64,000 nucleotides of DNA from Kofleriaceae bacterium. Its GTDB lineage: Bacteria > Myxococcota_A > Polyangia > Haliangiales > Haliangiaceae. The stretch covers positions 32,001 through 96,000 of the forward strand of contig CBDCCZ010000010.1 in assembly GCA_965215005.1 (NCBI GenBank), written 5' to 3'. The position numbers were made by a program, and so were the translations under genes. Position 1 is the stretch's first letter. Every line of letters begins with the position of its first letter. Shown here one piece after another: positions 24,926 through 33,303 of this stretch. The notes under the pieces are model-generated. The model was not told where the DNA came from, did not search any database, and worked only from the letters and a program-made list of their open reading frames with translations.

Positions 24926-27257
24926 CGACGATTTTGCGCCCGAGGAGCTGGCGATGCTCCGCGAGCTGTTCCGTGACGAGGCCTGCGAGGCGCTCGAGCG
25001 GCTTATCACGCGCCTGCTGCAAGCAGCCTCGACGGGCCCGCCCGACGAGACCACGCTGTCCGAGCTGATGCGCACCACCCACACCCTGAAGGGATCAGCG
25101 GGCACGGTTGGGCTCACCACCATCGCTGAGCTCACCCATCGGCTCGAAGACCAACTCGCGCGCGTGCGCTCGCACGCGTTGCCATGGTCGAGCGCGCTCG
25201 TCGACAGGCTGGTCGGTGTCATCGATGCGATCCGCTCGGTTGTCGATGTGCTGGGTGATCCGGCCGCCGAGCTCGCTTGCGCAGCGCGCGCCATCACCCG
25301 CCTCGATACGCTCGCGGGTCGAGCAAGTGACGCCGTGCCTGAGGCCATCCCGCACCCGCTCGGTGACGAGGTCAGCGCTGCCGTGCACTCGACGCCCCAC
25401 GACGCGTTGGATGCAGAGGTGCTTCAGAGCATCCCGTCTCCTCTATCCAGCGGCAAATCCGCCGCCGAAGTGACCCACTCGGTCGTCGCCGGCGAAGCCA
25501 GCGACTCGCTGCGCCGTGAAGCCGCGAGCCCAGGCGTGTATTCGTCGATCCTGCGAGTCGATTCGGCGCGCGTCGACCAGCTCATGGACAGCGTCGGCGA
25601 GCTCACCTTCGATCGCACGCGGATCGAGCGCCGGGTCCAGCAGCTGCGCACTCTCGCAAAGGAAGTTGGCCGCACCCGCCAAGAGCTCCGTAGTCATCTC
25701 GGAGCCGTGCGAGCTGCCACCGACGATGCGCGACGCCAAGCCATCGAGGCCCGATTTCTGGCCATCGAAAGCGACCTGGCGCGGCAAGTCACGCAGCTCT
25801 CGCAGACCACCGCGAGCCTCATCGAAGATGCCGATGCCCTGCGCCGCACCACCAGCACGCTACAAGATGGGCTCACGCGCGTCCGCATGCAGACGGCGCG
25901 CACGCTGTTTCAGCGGCTCGCACGCAGCTTCCGAGTCGCGGTGCGTGATACCGGCAAAGAAGTTCGCATGCTCACCAGCGGCGAGGACGTCGAGTTCGAC
26001 AAGGCTCTCGCCGAGCAGCTCCTCGACCCACTCACGCAACTGCTGCGCAATGCAGTGGCTCACGGCATCGAGCCCGCCCACCAGCGGCGCGCCGCCGGCA
26101 AAGAGCCGCAAGGGCTCATCTCCGTGGCGGCGCGACAAGAAGGCGGACTGATGGTCCTCGAGGTGGCCGACGATGGCCATGGGATCGAGCCGGGAACGCT
26201 GCGCCGGCAGTTCGTCGCCAGCGGGCGCTGGTCGGCGACGCGCGCGCGAATCACCAGCGATGAAGAGGTCATTCGGGCGGTATTCGAGCCAGGGATGTCG
26301 ACGCGGGATGAGGTCGACGAGCTCAGTGGCCGCGGCGTCGGCCTCGATGTCGTACGCGAGACCATCGCGCGCCTTGGCGGCGAGATTCGCCTCACCTCCA
26401 CGCCCGGGAAGGGCACGAGGTTCACCATGCGACTGCCGGTGTCGGCAGCGGTGAGCCAAGCATTGCTCTTCAAGGTCGATGGCCACGTCTACGCGCTGCC
26501 CAACGTCCACGTCACCCAAACCGTGCAGGTGTCGGTCGAGGCACGCGCGGCAGCCACGCTGCTCGTGCACGGCACCCGCCAGCCACTGCTCGATTTGCAC
26601 CGCGTGCTCGGCACCACGGCGCCCCGTGCCGTGGCGCTCCCCGGCGTGGTTCTCGAATACGCAGGCAAGCAGCTGGCGTTCACGTGCGACAAGCTCGTCG
26701 GTCCGCGCGAAATCGTCATCAAGCCGCTCGGCCCGCTGCTCGCGCCCTTGCCGCTGTATGCGGGCGCGACGATCAGCGGCTCGGGAAAAGTGCAGTTGAT
26801 CCTCGATCCGGCCGCTCTCGTGGCCCTGGCGTATCCTGATGGAGCGCCCATCGAAGCGCCCATCGAGTCGAGCGCCAGTGCACCGCAAGTGTCGCAGCTG
26901 CTCGGACGCGCGCTCGTCGTCGATGACTCACGCGCGATTCGTGAAGCGCTCAGTCGCATGTTGTCGAGCGAAGGCTTCATCGTCGACCTCGCCGAAGACG
27001 GCGCGCGAGCCTGGGCCATGGTCGCTGAGCTGGCCTACGACGTCGTGCTAACCGACCTCGAGATGCCGCGGCTGGGCGGCTTCCAACTGGTCGCCAAGCT
27101 GCGCGCCGATGAGCGATTTCACGCGCTGCCGGTGGTGGTGGTGTCGTCGCGAGCAACGGCTGCCAATCGCCGCCGCGCCGAAGAGCTCGGCGCGCGCGGC
27201 TTCCTTGCCAAACCAGTCACCAAACGCAAGCTTCTCGACGCCCTGCGCGGGCTTTGA
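24906..27257 (+). CDS. cheA: Hybrid CheA histidine kinase (Hpt-dimerisation-HATPase-CheW-REC)
   Basis: HTLKGSAG, LLRNAVAHGIE, DDGHGI, SGRGVGLDVV, GATISGSGKV, and a C-terminal REC (DLEMP). Confidence 0.93.
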   Translation: MSVACSDDDFAPEELAMLRELFRDEACEALERLITRLLQAASTGPPDETTLSELMRTTHTLKGSAGTVGLTTIAELTHRLEDQLARVRSHALPWSSALVDRLVGVIDAIRSVVDVLGDPAAELACAARAITRLDTLAGRASDAVPEAIPHPLGDEVSAAVHSTPHDALDAEVLQSIPSPLSSGKSAAEVTHSVVAGEASDSLRREAASPGVYSSILRVDSARVDQLMDSVGELTFDRTRIERRVQQLRTLAKEVGRTRQELRSHLGAVRAATDDARRQAIEARFLAIESDLARQVTQLSQTTASLIEDADALRRTTSTLQDGLTRVRMQTARTLFQRLARSFRVAVRDTGKEVRMLTSGEDVEFDKALAEQLLDPLTQLLRNAVAHGIEPAHQRRAAGKEPQGLISVAARQEGGLMVLEVADDGHGIEPGTLRRQFVASGRWSATRARITSDEEVIRAVFEPGMSTRDEVDELSGRGVGLDVVRETIARLGGEIRLTSTPGKGTRFTMRLPVSAAVSQALLFKVDGHVYALPNVHVTQTVQVSVEARAAATLLVHGTRQPLLDLHRVLGTTAPRAVALPGVVLEYAGKQLAFTCDKLVGPREIVIKPLGPLLAPLPLYAGATISGSGKVQLILDPAALVALAYPDGAPIEAPIESSASAPQVSQLLGRALVVDDSRAIREALSRMLSSEGFIVDLAEDGARAWAMVAELAYDVVLTDLEMPRLGGFQLVAKLRADERFHALPVVVVSSRATAANRRRAEELGARGFLAKPVTKRKLLDALRGL

Positions 27258-27279
27258 CGCGGCGCTTCAGTGGCGGCGA

Positions 27280-29652
27280 TTAACGACGGCGCTTCTTGCC
27301 AGGGCCGCTGCGGCGTTTCTTGCCCGCGCCGTCGCGCTTGGTGCCACGAGCGCCCGCCGCTTCGCGCTTCTTGGCTCCGCCGGGTTTGCCAGCACGCGCC
27401 TGCCGCGGCGCCGGCGCGCGCCGCTGTTGATCCTTGCCGTCGCGAGTCCGTCGGCGACGCCGCGGCGGCGCCGTGGTCGCCTCGGCCGAAACGGTATGCG
27501 CGACCAATTCGAAATCGATACGGCGCTGGGCCACCGACACCTTGACGAGCTGGACCTCGAGCTCATCGCCAAGACCGATACGTACGCCGGTGCGACTGCC
27601 TTGCAGCGTCATGCGAATCGGGTCGAAGTGGAAGAACTCATCGCCGAGGGTTTCGATCTTGATGAGTCCTTCGACGTACGGCTCTTCAATCTCGACGAAA
27701 ACGCCAAAGCTGGTCACGCCAGTGACGCGGGCGTCGAACGTCTCACCGAGCTGCTCGCGCATGATGAAGGCGCGGTACATCGAAACTGCTTCGCGCTCGG
27801 CTTCCATGGCGCGCCGTTCAGCGGCCGAGGCATCCCCAGCCATGTTTTTGAGCTCGTCTTTCGCCGGCGGCGGCAGCGCACTCGCTCCACCCGAGGCTTG
27901 GCCTTCGGCGTGCAAATAGTGCTTGAGCAAGCGATGGACGATGACGTCGGGATAGCGCCGAATCGGCGAGGTGAAGTGCAGATAGTCTGGCGACGCGAGG
28001 CCAAAATGGCCGATATGAGCCGTGTCGTAGATGGCTTGCTTGAGGGTACGCAACACCTGAAACATGAGCGACTTGGCTGCCGGCAAGTCCGCGACCGCAT
28101 CGAGCACCTTGCTCATGCCCGCTGGCGCGATGGCCTCCTCGACGTCGACGTCGATGCCGAAATGAGCCAGCATTTCGGCCAGATCTTCGACGCGCGACTG
28201 CTCCGGCGGCGCATGCACCCGCCATACGGTGGTTAGCCCGCGTTCCTCGAAAAACGCCCCCACCGCCTCGTTGGCGGCAATCATGAACTCCTCGACCAGC
28301 TGATACGCTCCCTTGACACCTTCGTCGCCTTTGGCCTGCACGACGTCGCGGACCAACATCGGATCATCGGCGTCGAGCACCACTTTTGCTTCGGGCAGAT
28401 CGAGATTGAGCGCGCCCCGGCTCATCCGTCGCCGCCGCAGCTGTTGCGCCAGCTCGCTCAGACGCTCGAGCGCTGGCTCCCAACGGCGATACACTCCGCG
28501 GCGGCCGCGGAAATCGCCCCGAAGCGCTGCTGCGACTCCTGGATAGTCGAGCCGCGCGTGCGAGCGGATCACCGCCGCAGCAAAGCCCTTGCCCGTGAGC
28601 GAGCCGTTTTGATCATAGTCGAGCCGTGCGACCATGGCGCAGCGGTCGACCTCGGGGTTGAGCGAGCAGATTCCGGCCGACAGTGGAAACGGCAGCATCG
28701 GGATGACGCGGTCGGGAAGATAGACGGAGACGCCGCGCAGCCGTGCCTCGCGATCGAGAGCATCATCGGGGCGGACGTAATGCGAGACATCGGCGACCGC
28801 GATCCACACGCGGGTGCCGCCGCGCGGCCCGTCCTCGATGCATAGCGCATCATCAAAATCGCGGGCGGTTTCGGGATCGATGGTGACGAACTCGCGATCG
28901 CGCAAATCGATGCGGTCGGCAAAGTCGTCAGCGCGAAGGTCCTGCGGGGTGTCCTCGCCCTGGGCACGCGCGGCCTCGGGAAACTCGGTGGGAATATCGC
29001 CACAGACGATGATCTTTTCGATTTCCACTCGCGGGTCTTCGGGATCCCCGAGCACGCGAATCACCCGGCCCGAAATGGTGGGGTCTTCTTCACTCGGATA
29101 GCTCGAGATATCGACCACCACCGCCTCGCCGACCTTGCCTTCGATGGCGCCCGCGAGCAGGTGCACGCGGCCGTAGTCGGTGGCGATGCGAGGGTCATCC
29201 GGCTCGAGGTACATGGTGCGACCGGTGCGTCGCAGCGTGCCGGTGAGCTTGGCGCGGCCGCGCGAGACCACTTCCTGAACGCGCCCCTCGGTGCCCTTGT
29301 GGCCCGCCCAAGTGGCGACGACCACGCGATCGCCATCCATCGCCGAGCCGCGATACTTCGCCGGAATGAAGACATCGTCGCTGCCGTCATCGAGGGCGAC
29401 GAAGCCATAGCCTGCGGGATGCACGCTGATGCGGCCGACGGTGCTCGGTATTTCTGAAGGCGCCGACACCGCGTAAGCGGCTCGCCCGACCCGACGAATC
29501 ACTCCATCGGTGACCATCGACGTGAGCAGGCGCCGAAGTCGCAACTGATCCTTCTTACGAACATCGAGCTCCTCGGCGAGCTCGACGAATTTCATTCCAC
29601 TGGTGAACGCCTGCCCGAGGGCGGACAAGACTGCTTCTCTACTAAAACTCAT
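27280..29652 (-). CDS. rnr: Ribonuclease R
   Basis: HPAGYGFV, TIDPETARDFDDA, HFTSPIRRYPD, S1 domain and basic C-terminal tail. Confidence 0.95.
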   Translation of the reverse strand: MSFSREAVLSALGQAFTSGMKFVELAEELDVRKKDQLRLRRLLTSMVTDGVIRRVGRAAYAVSAPSEIPSTVGRISVHPAGYGFVALDDGSDDVFIPAKYRGSAMDGDRVVVATWAGHKGTEGRVQEVVSRGRAKLTGTLRRTGRTMYLEPDDPRIATDYGRVHLLAGAIEGKVGEAVVVDISSYPSEEDPTISGRVIRVLGDPEDPRVEIEKIIVCGDIPTEFPEAARAQGEDTPQDLRADDFADRIDLRDREFVTIDPETARDFDDALCIEDGPRGGTRVWIAVADVSHYVRPDDALDREARLRGVSVYLPDRVIPMLPFPLSAGICSLNPEVDRCAMVARLDYDQNGSLTGKGFAAAVIRSHARLDYPGVAAALRGDFRGRRGVYRRWEPALERLSELAQQLRRRRMSRGALNLDLPEAKVVLDADDPMLVRDVVQAKGDEGVKGAYQLVEEFMIAANEAVGAFFEERGLTTVWRVHAPPEQSRVEDLAEMLAHFGIDVDVEEAIAPAGMSKVLDAVADLPAAKSLMFQVLRTLKQAIYDTAHIGHFGLASPDYLHFTSPIRRYPDVIVHRLLKHYLHAEGQASGGASALPPPAKDELKNMAGDASAAERRAMEAEREAVSMYRAFIMREQLGETFDARVTGVTSFGVFVEIEEPYVEGLIKIETLGDEFFHFDPIRMTLQGSRTGVRIGLGDELEVQLVKVSVAQRRIDFELVAHTVSAEATTAPPRRRRRTRDGKDQQRRAPAPRQARAGKPGGAKKREAAGARGTKRDGAGKKRRSGPGKKRRR

Positions 29653-29766
29653 TGAATCGTAACCAAATCTGCAATTGAGTCGCCGTTCGCGGCGCATCGA
29701 GGATGCGCTCCGAAGGCGATGAACGCCACCGCTTGGCAGTCAACAGCCGCCGCGGTGAAAGAAACA

Positions 29767-31047
29767 CTACTGAAACGCTCGAAGCGTGTGATCGTCACTG
29801 GCGGCATAGACCACTCCGCTCGAGGAAACTGCCGGGGTGCTATCGACATCATCGTCGAAGGCCAGGTACCAGCGCAGCCGGCCATCCCGAGAAAGAGCAT
29901 ACAGGTGATCATCTTGCGCGCCGAACAGGATGGTGCCGTCGGTCGCGATGATGGGAGAGCCGTGAATCTTGTCGGCGGCAGCAAAGCGCCACTGTACCTG
30001 GCCGCTCGGTGCAATGGCGTACAGCGATCCATCGTAAGAGCCAACATAAATCGTCCCATCATCCGCAATGGCAGGCGAGCCGCGAATGTCACCTCGCGTG
30101 ATCACCTTCCAGGAAACATCGCCTTCGGGCGTGATGGCATAGAGCGCATGGTCATCGCTGCCAACATAGATAGTGCCATCGGCGCCGATGGCAGGTGAGG
30201 AGTCGATGTCGCGACGGGTTCGCAGCTCCCAACGCTTGGTGCCATCGGGGCGAATCGCATACAGCGCATCGCCCTGCCCGCCCGCGTAGATCGTGCCGTC
30301 GGGGCCAATCGCGGGCGCGGTCGCCACGTGCTCGGGCGTGGCAAACTTCCATCGCAAGGTGCCGTCGGGATAGACCGCGTAGACGCCGTCGCCGCCGGTG
30401 TACACGGTGCCATCGGAGCCAAGCGTTGGCCCCCCATCGACGTCGCAGCGCGAACCTTCGGGACCAAACGCGCCGGCGTCGCACTCGCCGATGCGAAACC
30501 GCCAGCGAATCGTCCCGGTTGCGCCGTCGATGGCATACAAATGGTCATCGTCGGAGCCGGTATACACGGTGCCGTCTTCGGCAACCGCGGGCGTGCTCCA
30601 GATGCGATCGCCGGTGGCCACCTGCCAACGGAGCTGTCCGGCTGGCGAGAACGCATACAGCCGCTTATCGTGAGAGCCGACGTAGATCGTGCCGTCGGGG
30701 CCAAGCGTCGGTGACCCAGCGATGGGACCTTCGAGCTTCACCGCCCACAGCTGCCGCGGTTGGCTGCTGGGCGCCGGTCCCGCGGTGCGGCCGGTGTGCT
30801 GCGCGTTGCCGCCAAACATCGCATGCGGCGGCGAGCCCGCGGCCGCGCGCGGTGGTGGAGGCTGCGGTGGTGGGGTCGCCACGTACGCGGCCGATTCGGG
30901 CGGCGGCTCGATGCAGCGCTGCGCGCTACAGATGCGCGCGCCTTTGCAGTCGCTGTCCTTGGCACAACCGATGGGAGTCGGCCGAGCCGCGGGTCGCGGG
31001 CACGCCGCCAGCAGGATCGCCGTGATGACGACGAGCAGGCGGTTCAT
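29767..31047 (-). CDS. PQQ-repeat beta-propeller lipoprotein
   Basis: Lipobox LAAC, short Cys-rich motif, repeated SPAIG.DGTIYVGS.D..LYA...W units. Confidence 0.9.
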   Translation of the reverse strand: MNRLLVVITAILLAACPRPAARPTPIGCAKDSDCKGARICSAQRCIEPPPESAAYVATPPPQPPPPRAAAGSPPHAMFGGNAQHTGRTAGPAPSSQPRQLWAVKLEGPIAGSPTLGPDGTIYVGSHDKRLYAFSPAGQLRWQVATGDRIWSTPAVAEDGTVYTGSDDDHLYAIDGATGTIRWRFRIGECDAGAFGPEGSRCDVDGGPTLGSDGTVYTGGDGVYAVYPDGTLRWKFATPEHVATAPAIGPDGTIYAGGQGDALYAIRPDGTKRWELRTRRDIDSSPAIGADGTIYVGSDDHALYAITPEGDVSWKVITRGDIRGSPAIADDGTIYVGSYDGSLYAIAPSGQVQWRFAAADKIHGSPIIATDGTILFGAQDDHLYALSRDGRLRWYLAFDDDVDSTPAVSSSGVVYAASDDHTLRAFQ

Positions 31048-31058
31048 GAGGTTGGAGT

Positions 31059-31334
31059 TTACGCCTTCGGTAAGTCGGTGGTGAAACGCTCGGCGAGCTT
31101 TTCGAAGTAGCGGCGCGTTTCTTCCAAAATATCGGGGTCTTGATCGGGATACATGCGGATGCCGTAGGCGCCACACGCATCGGTTGTCACCGGGCCGACG
31201 GGCAGACCGCCGACGATTCCAGTCTGCTCGTGATACAGCAGCGCCAGCACTTCGGCGTGACTCTCGGGGACAAGGAACGTCCGCCGACCCAACTCGGGCC
31301 GGCCATCCTTGAAGCCCTCGACGAGTTTGGCCAT
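31059..31334 (-). CDS. Hypothetical protein (91 aa)
   Basis: Natural-looking composition; stops 11 bp before the next co-directional gene. Confidence 0.6.
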   Translation of the reverse strand: MAKLVEGFKDGRPELGRRTFLVPESHAEVLALLYHEQTGIVGGLPVGPVTTDACGAYGIRMYPDQDPDILEETRRYFEKLAERFTTDLPKA

Positions 31335-31458
31335 CGGTTCGCTAGTTTTTCATCGCAGGTCATAGAAGTCAAAGCGGATCCAGCCCTTCTGGTGGTACCG
31401 GTTCGGCGCCGCGGGCTCGTCCGCCGGCGCTTTGACCGCACGCGCCGAGCTTGCGAAG

Positions 31459-32763
31459 ATGCCGCTCATGGGCTCGCCGCGACTCCTCTTCTATTTCGAC
31501 TTCTCATGCCCTTACGCCTATCTCGCCGCGACGCAGATCGAGGCGATCGCCGAGCGCGGCGGCGCGGAGCTGGTGTGGAGGCCGATGCTGCTCGGCGGCG
31601 TGTTCCGCAGCATCGGCACCGGCGATGGGCCCATGGCCACGATGGGCGCGGCCAAAGCGCGTCACAACGGCCTCGACATGTACCGCTGGGCCGATCACTT
31701 CGACGTTCCGCTCACGCTCCCGAGCGGTCATCCGATGCGAACGGTGGCCGCGCTGCGGGCGCTGCTCACGCTTCCCGAGGAGCGATGGAGCGCGACGATT
31801 GCCGCGGTGTATCGCGCGTATTGGCAGAAAGGACTGGACATCAGCCAGAAAGCTGGCTTGCGCGCCGCGCTCGCTGATGTGCTCGAGGCAGCGGAGCTGG
31901 AAGCAGCGTTGGCCGGCAGCGACGACAGTGCCGTGAAAGACGAGCTGCGCCGGCGGACCGACGAGGCCGTCGCGCGCGGCGTGTTTGGCGCGCCGACGAT
32001 GTTCATCGAACGCGATGGTGAAGAGCCAATCATGCTCTGGGGGCAAGATCGGCTGGCCATGACGCGAGCGGCGCTCGAGGGGTGGCGCCCGGGAGAGGCG
32101 GCTCCCACAGGCCAGTCGCCGATGCTTGCGCAGTCCTCAGCGTCCGCAGCGAGCATCGAGTTCTGGTACGACTTCTCGAGCCCGTTTGCGTATCTGGCGT
32201 CGACGCAGGTGGAAGCGTTGGCGGCTCGCACCGGCGCGACGCTGCACTGGCGTCCGATGCTGCTCGGCGCGTTGTTTCGCGACCTCGGCACCGTCAACGT
32301 GCCGCTGCTGTCCATGAGCGAAGCCAAACGCCGCTATCTTGGCCTCGAGCTCACCACCTGGGCAGCCTGGTGGCAGGTGCCGTTCCACTTCACCAGTCAT
32401 TTTCCGTTGCGAACCATCACTGCATTGCGCCTGGCGCTCGGCGCCGGCCCGCGCATTGCAGAGCTGAGCCACGCGCTGTTTCGCGCCGCCTGGGCCGAGA
32501 ATCGCGACCTCGCCGATCCCGACACCTTGGCGGCCATTCTTACGGCAACCGGCTTCGACGCCGCCGGGATGCTGGCGGCGACTCAGGAGCCAGCCGCCAA
32601 GCAGGCGCTCATCGATAACACCAGCGAGGCCCAACGGCGCGGCGTGTTTGGCGCACCGACGCTGATCATCAGCCGCGGTGGCCAGGAGTTCTTACTTTGG
32701 GGTCAAGATCGCCTGGAGCTGGCGGCGGACATTCTCGGAGGCTGGACGCCGGGGCACGGCTAG
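31459..32763 (+). CDS. Tandem DSBA-like 2-hydroxychromene-2-carboxylate isomerase/kappa-GST protein
   Basis: Two copies of (Y/W).DFS.P(Y/F)AYLA...WRPMLLG...RGVFGAPT...LWGQDRL. Confidence 0.9.
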   Translation: MPLMGSPRLLFYFDFSCPYAYLAATQIEAIAERGGAELVWRPMLLGGVFRSIGTGDGPMATMGAAKARHNGLDMYRWADHFDVPLTLPSGHPMRTVAALRALLTLPEERWSATIAAVYRAYWQKGLDISQKAGLRAALADVLEAAELEAALAGSDDSAVKDELRRRTDEAVARGVFGAPTMFIERDGEEPIMLWGQDRLAMTRAALEGWRPGEAAPTGQSPMLAQSSASAASIEFWYDFSSPFAYLASTQVEALAARTGATLHWRPMLLGALFRDLGTVNVPLLSMSEAKRRYLGLELTTWAAWWQVPFHFTSHFPLRTITALRLALGAGPRIAELSHALFRAAWAENRDLADPDTLAAILTATGFDAAGMLAATQEPAAKQALIDNTSEAQRRGVFGAPTLIISRGGQEFLLWGQDRLELAADILGGWTPGHG

Positions 32764-32809
32764 CACGGCCGGCCCGGCAGCAGTTCTTTTACCGGTCGAC
32801 GCGTGGCGA

Positions 32810-32959
32810 CTACTTATTGCGACGCCGCGCCCGCGAGCGATTGAGCCCGCGCTTGCGTGAGGCGCGCAGCTTGGCTTTCTTGCGGCGGCAGGCGAGGCGG
32901 CGCTCCTGCTTGTACTTCGGGCGGTCTTTGAGGCTGGTCTTGCTGCGTCGAGTGGCCAT
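32810..32959 (-). CDS. Small, very basic protein (49 aa)
   Basis: AAGGA Shine-Dalgarno 7 nt before the ATG; MATRRSKTSLKDRPKYKQERRLACRRKKAKLRASRKRGLNRSRARRRNK. Confidence 0.65.
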   Translation of the reverse strand: MATRRSKTSLKDRPKYKQERRLACRRKKAKLRASRKRGLNRSRARRRNK

Positions 32960-33010
32960 GGCGATGTCCTTTGTAAGAGCCCGGTAGTCTACCCACCCGC
33001 GCGCCCACGT

Positions 33011-33283
33011 CAACGGCCGCATGCCGCTGGCGCCCACGCTTGCTCGGGCGAGGGAACATCGCACGCCGGTTTGCGTAGGATGTCTGCGGCAGCGATGCGT
33101 TTTGAGGCCGACGGCGCAGGAGAGCCTCCAGGGGAGGCGTTGGAGGCAGGATGCGGGAAAGACCAGGTTCTGGTGGGCCATCCGATGAGCGCGGCGCAGG
33201 TTCTCAAGGCAGTGCGAACGCTGCCGATGCCGCCGGCCTCGCATCAAGCCAACAAGTACGGCGCAGAAACAGGTCCTGCCCCG
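33011..33283 (+). pseudogene. Deleted relic of the DUF4157-phospholipase gene (upstream region, start codon and one internal fragment)
   Basis: About 33011-33170 matches the reverse complement of about 61328-61490; 33176-33283 matches the reverse complement of 59453-59559, with a 1-nt insertion. Confidence 0.85.
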
Positions 33284-33303
33284 CGAAGCGGCTTGCTGCG
33301 AAG

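Noticed and set aside
23084..28236. Long alternative ORFs such as 23084-24205, 25860-26888 and 27109-28236
   Set aside because: Antisense shadows of well-supported genes, expected in high-GC DNA.
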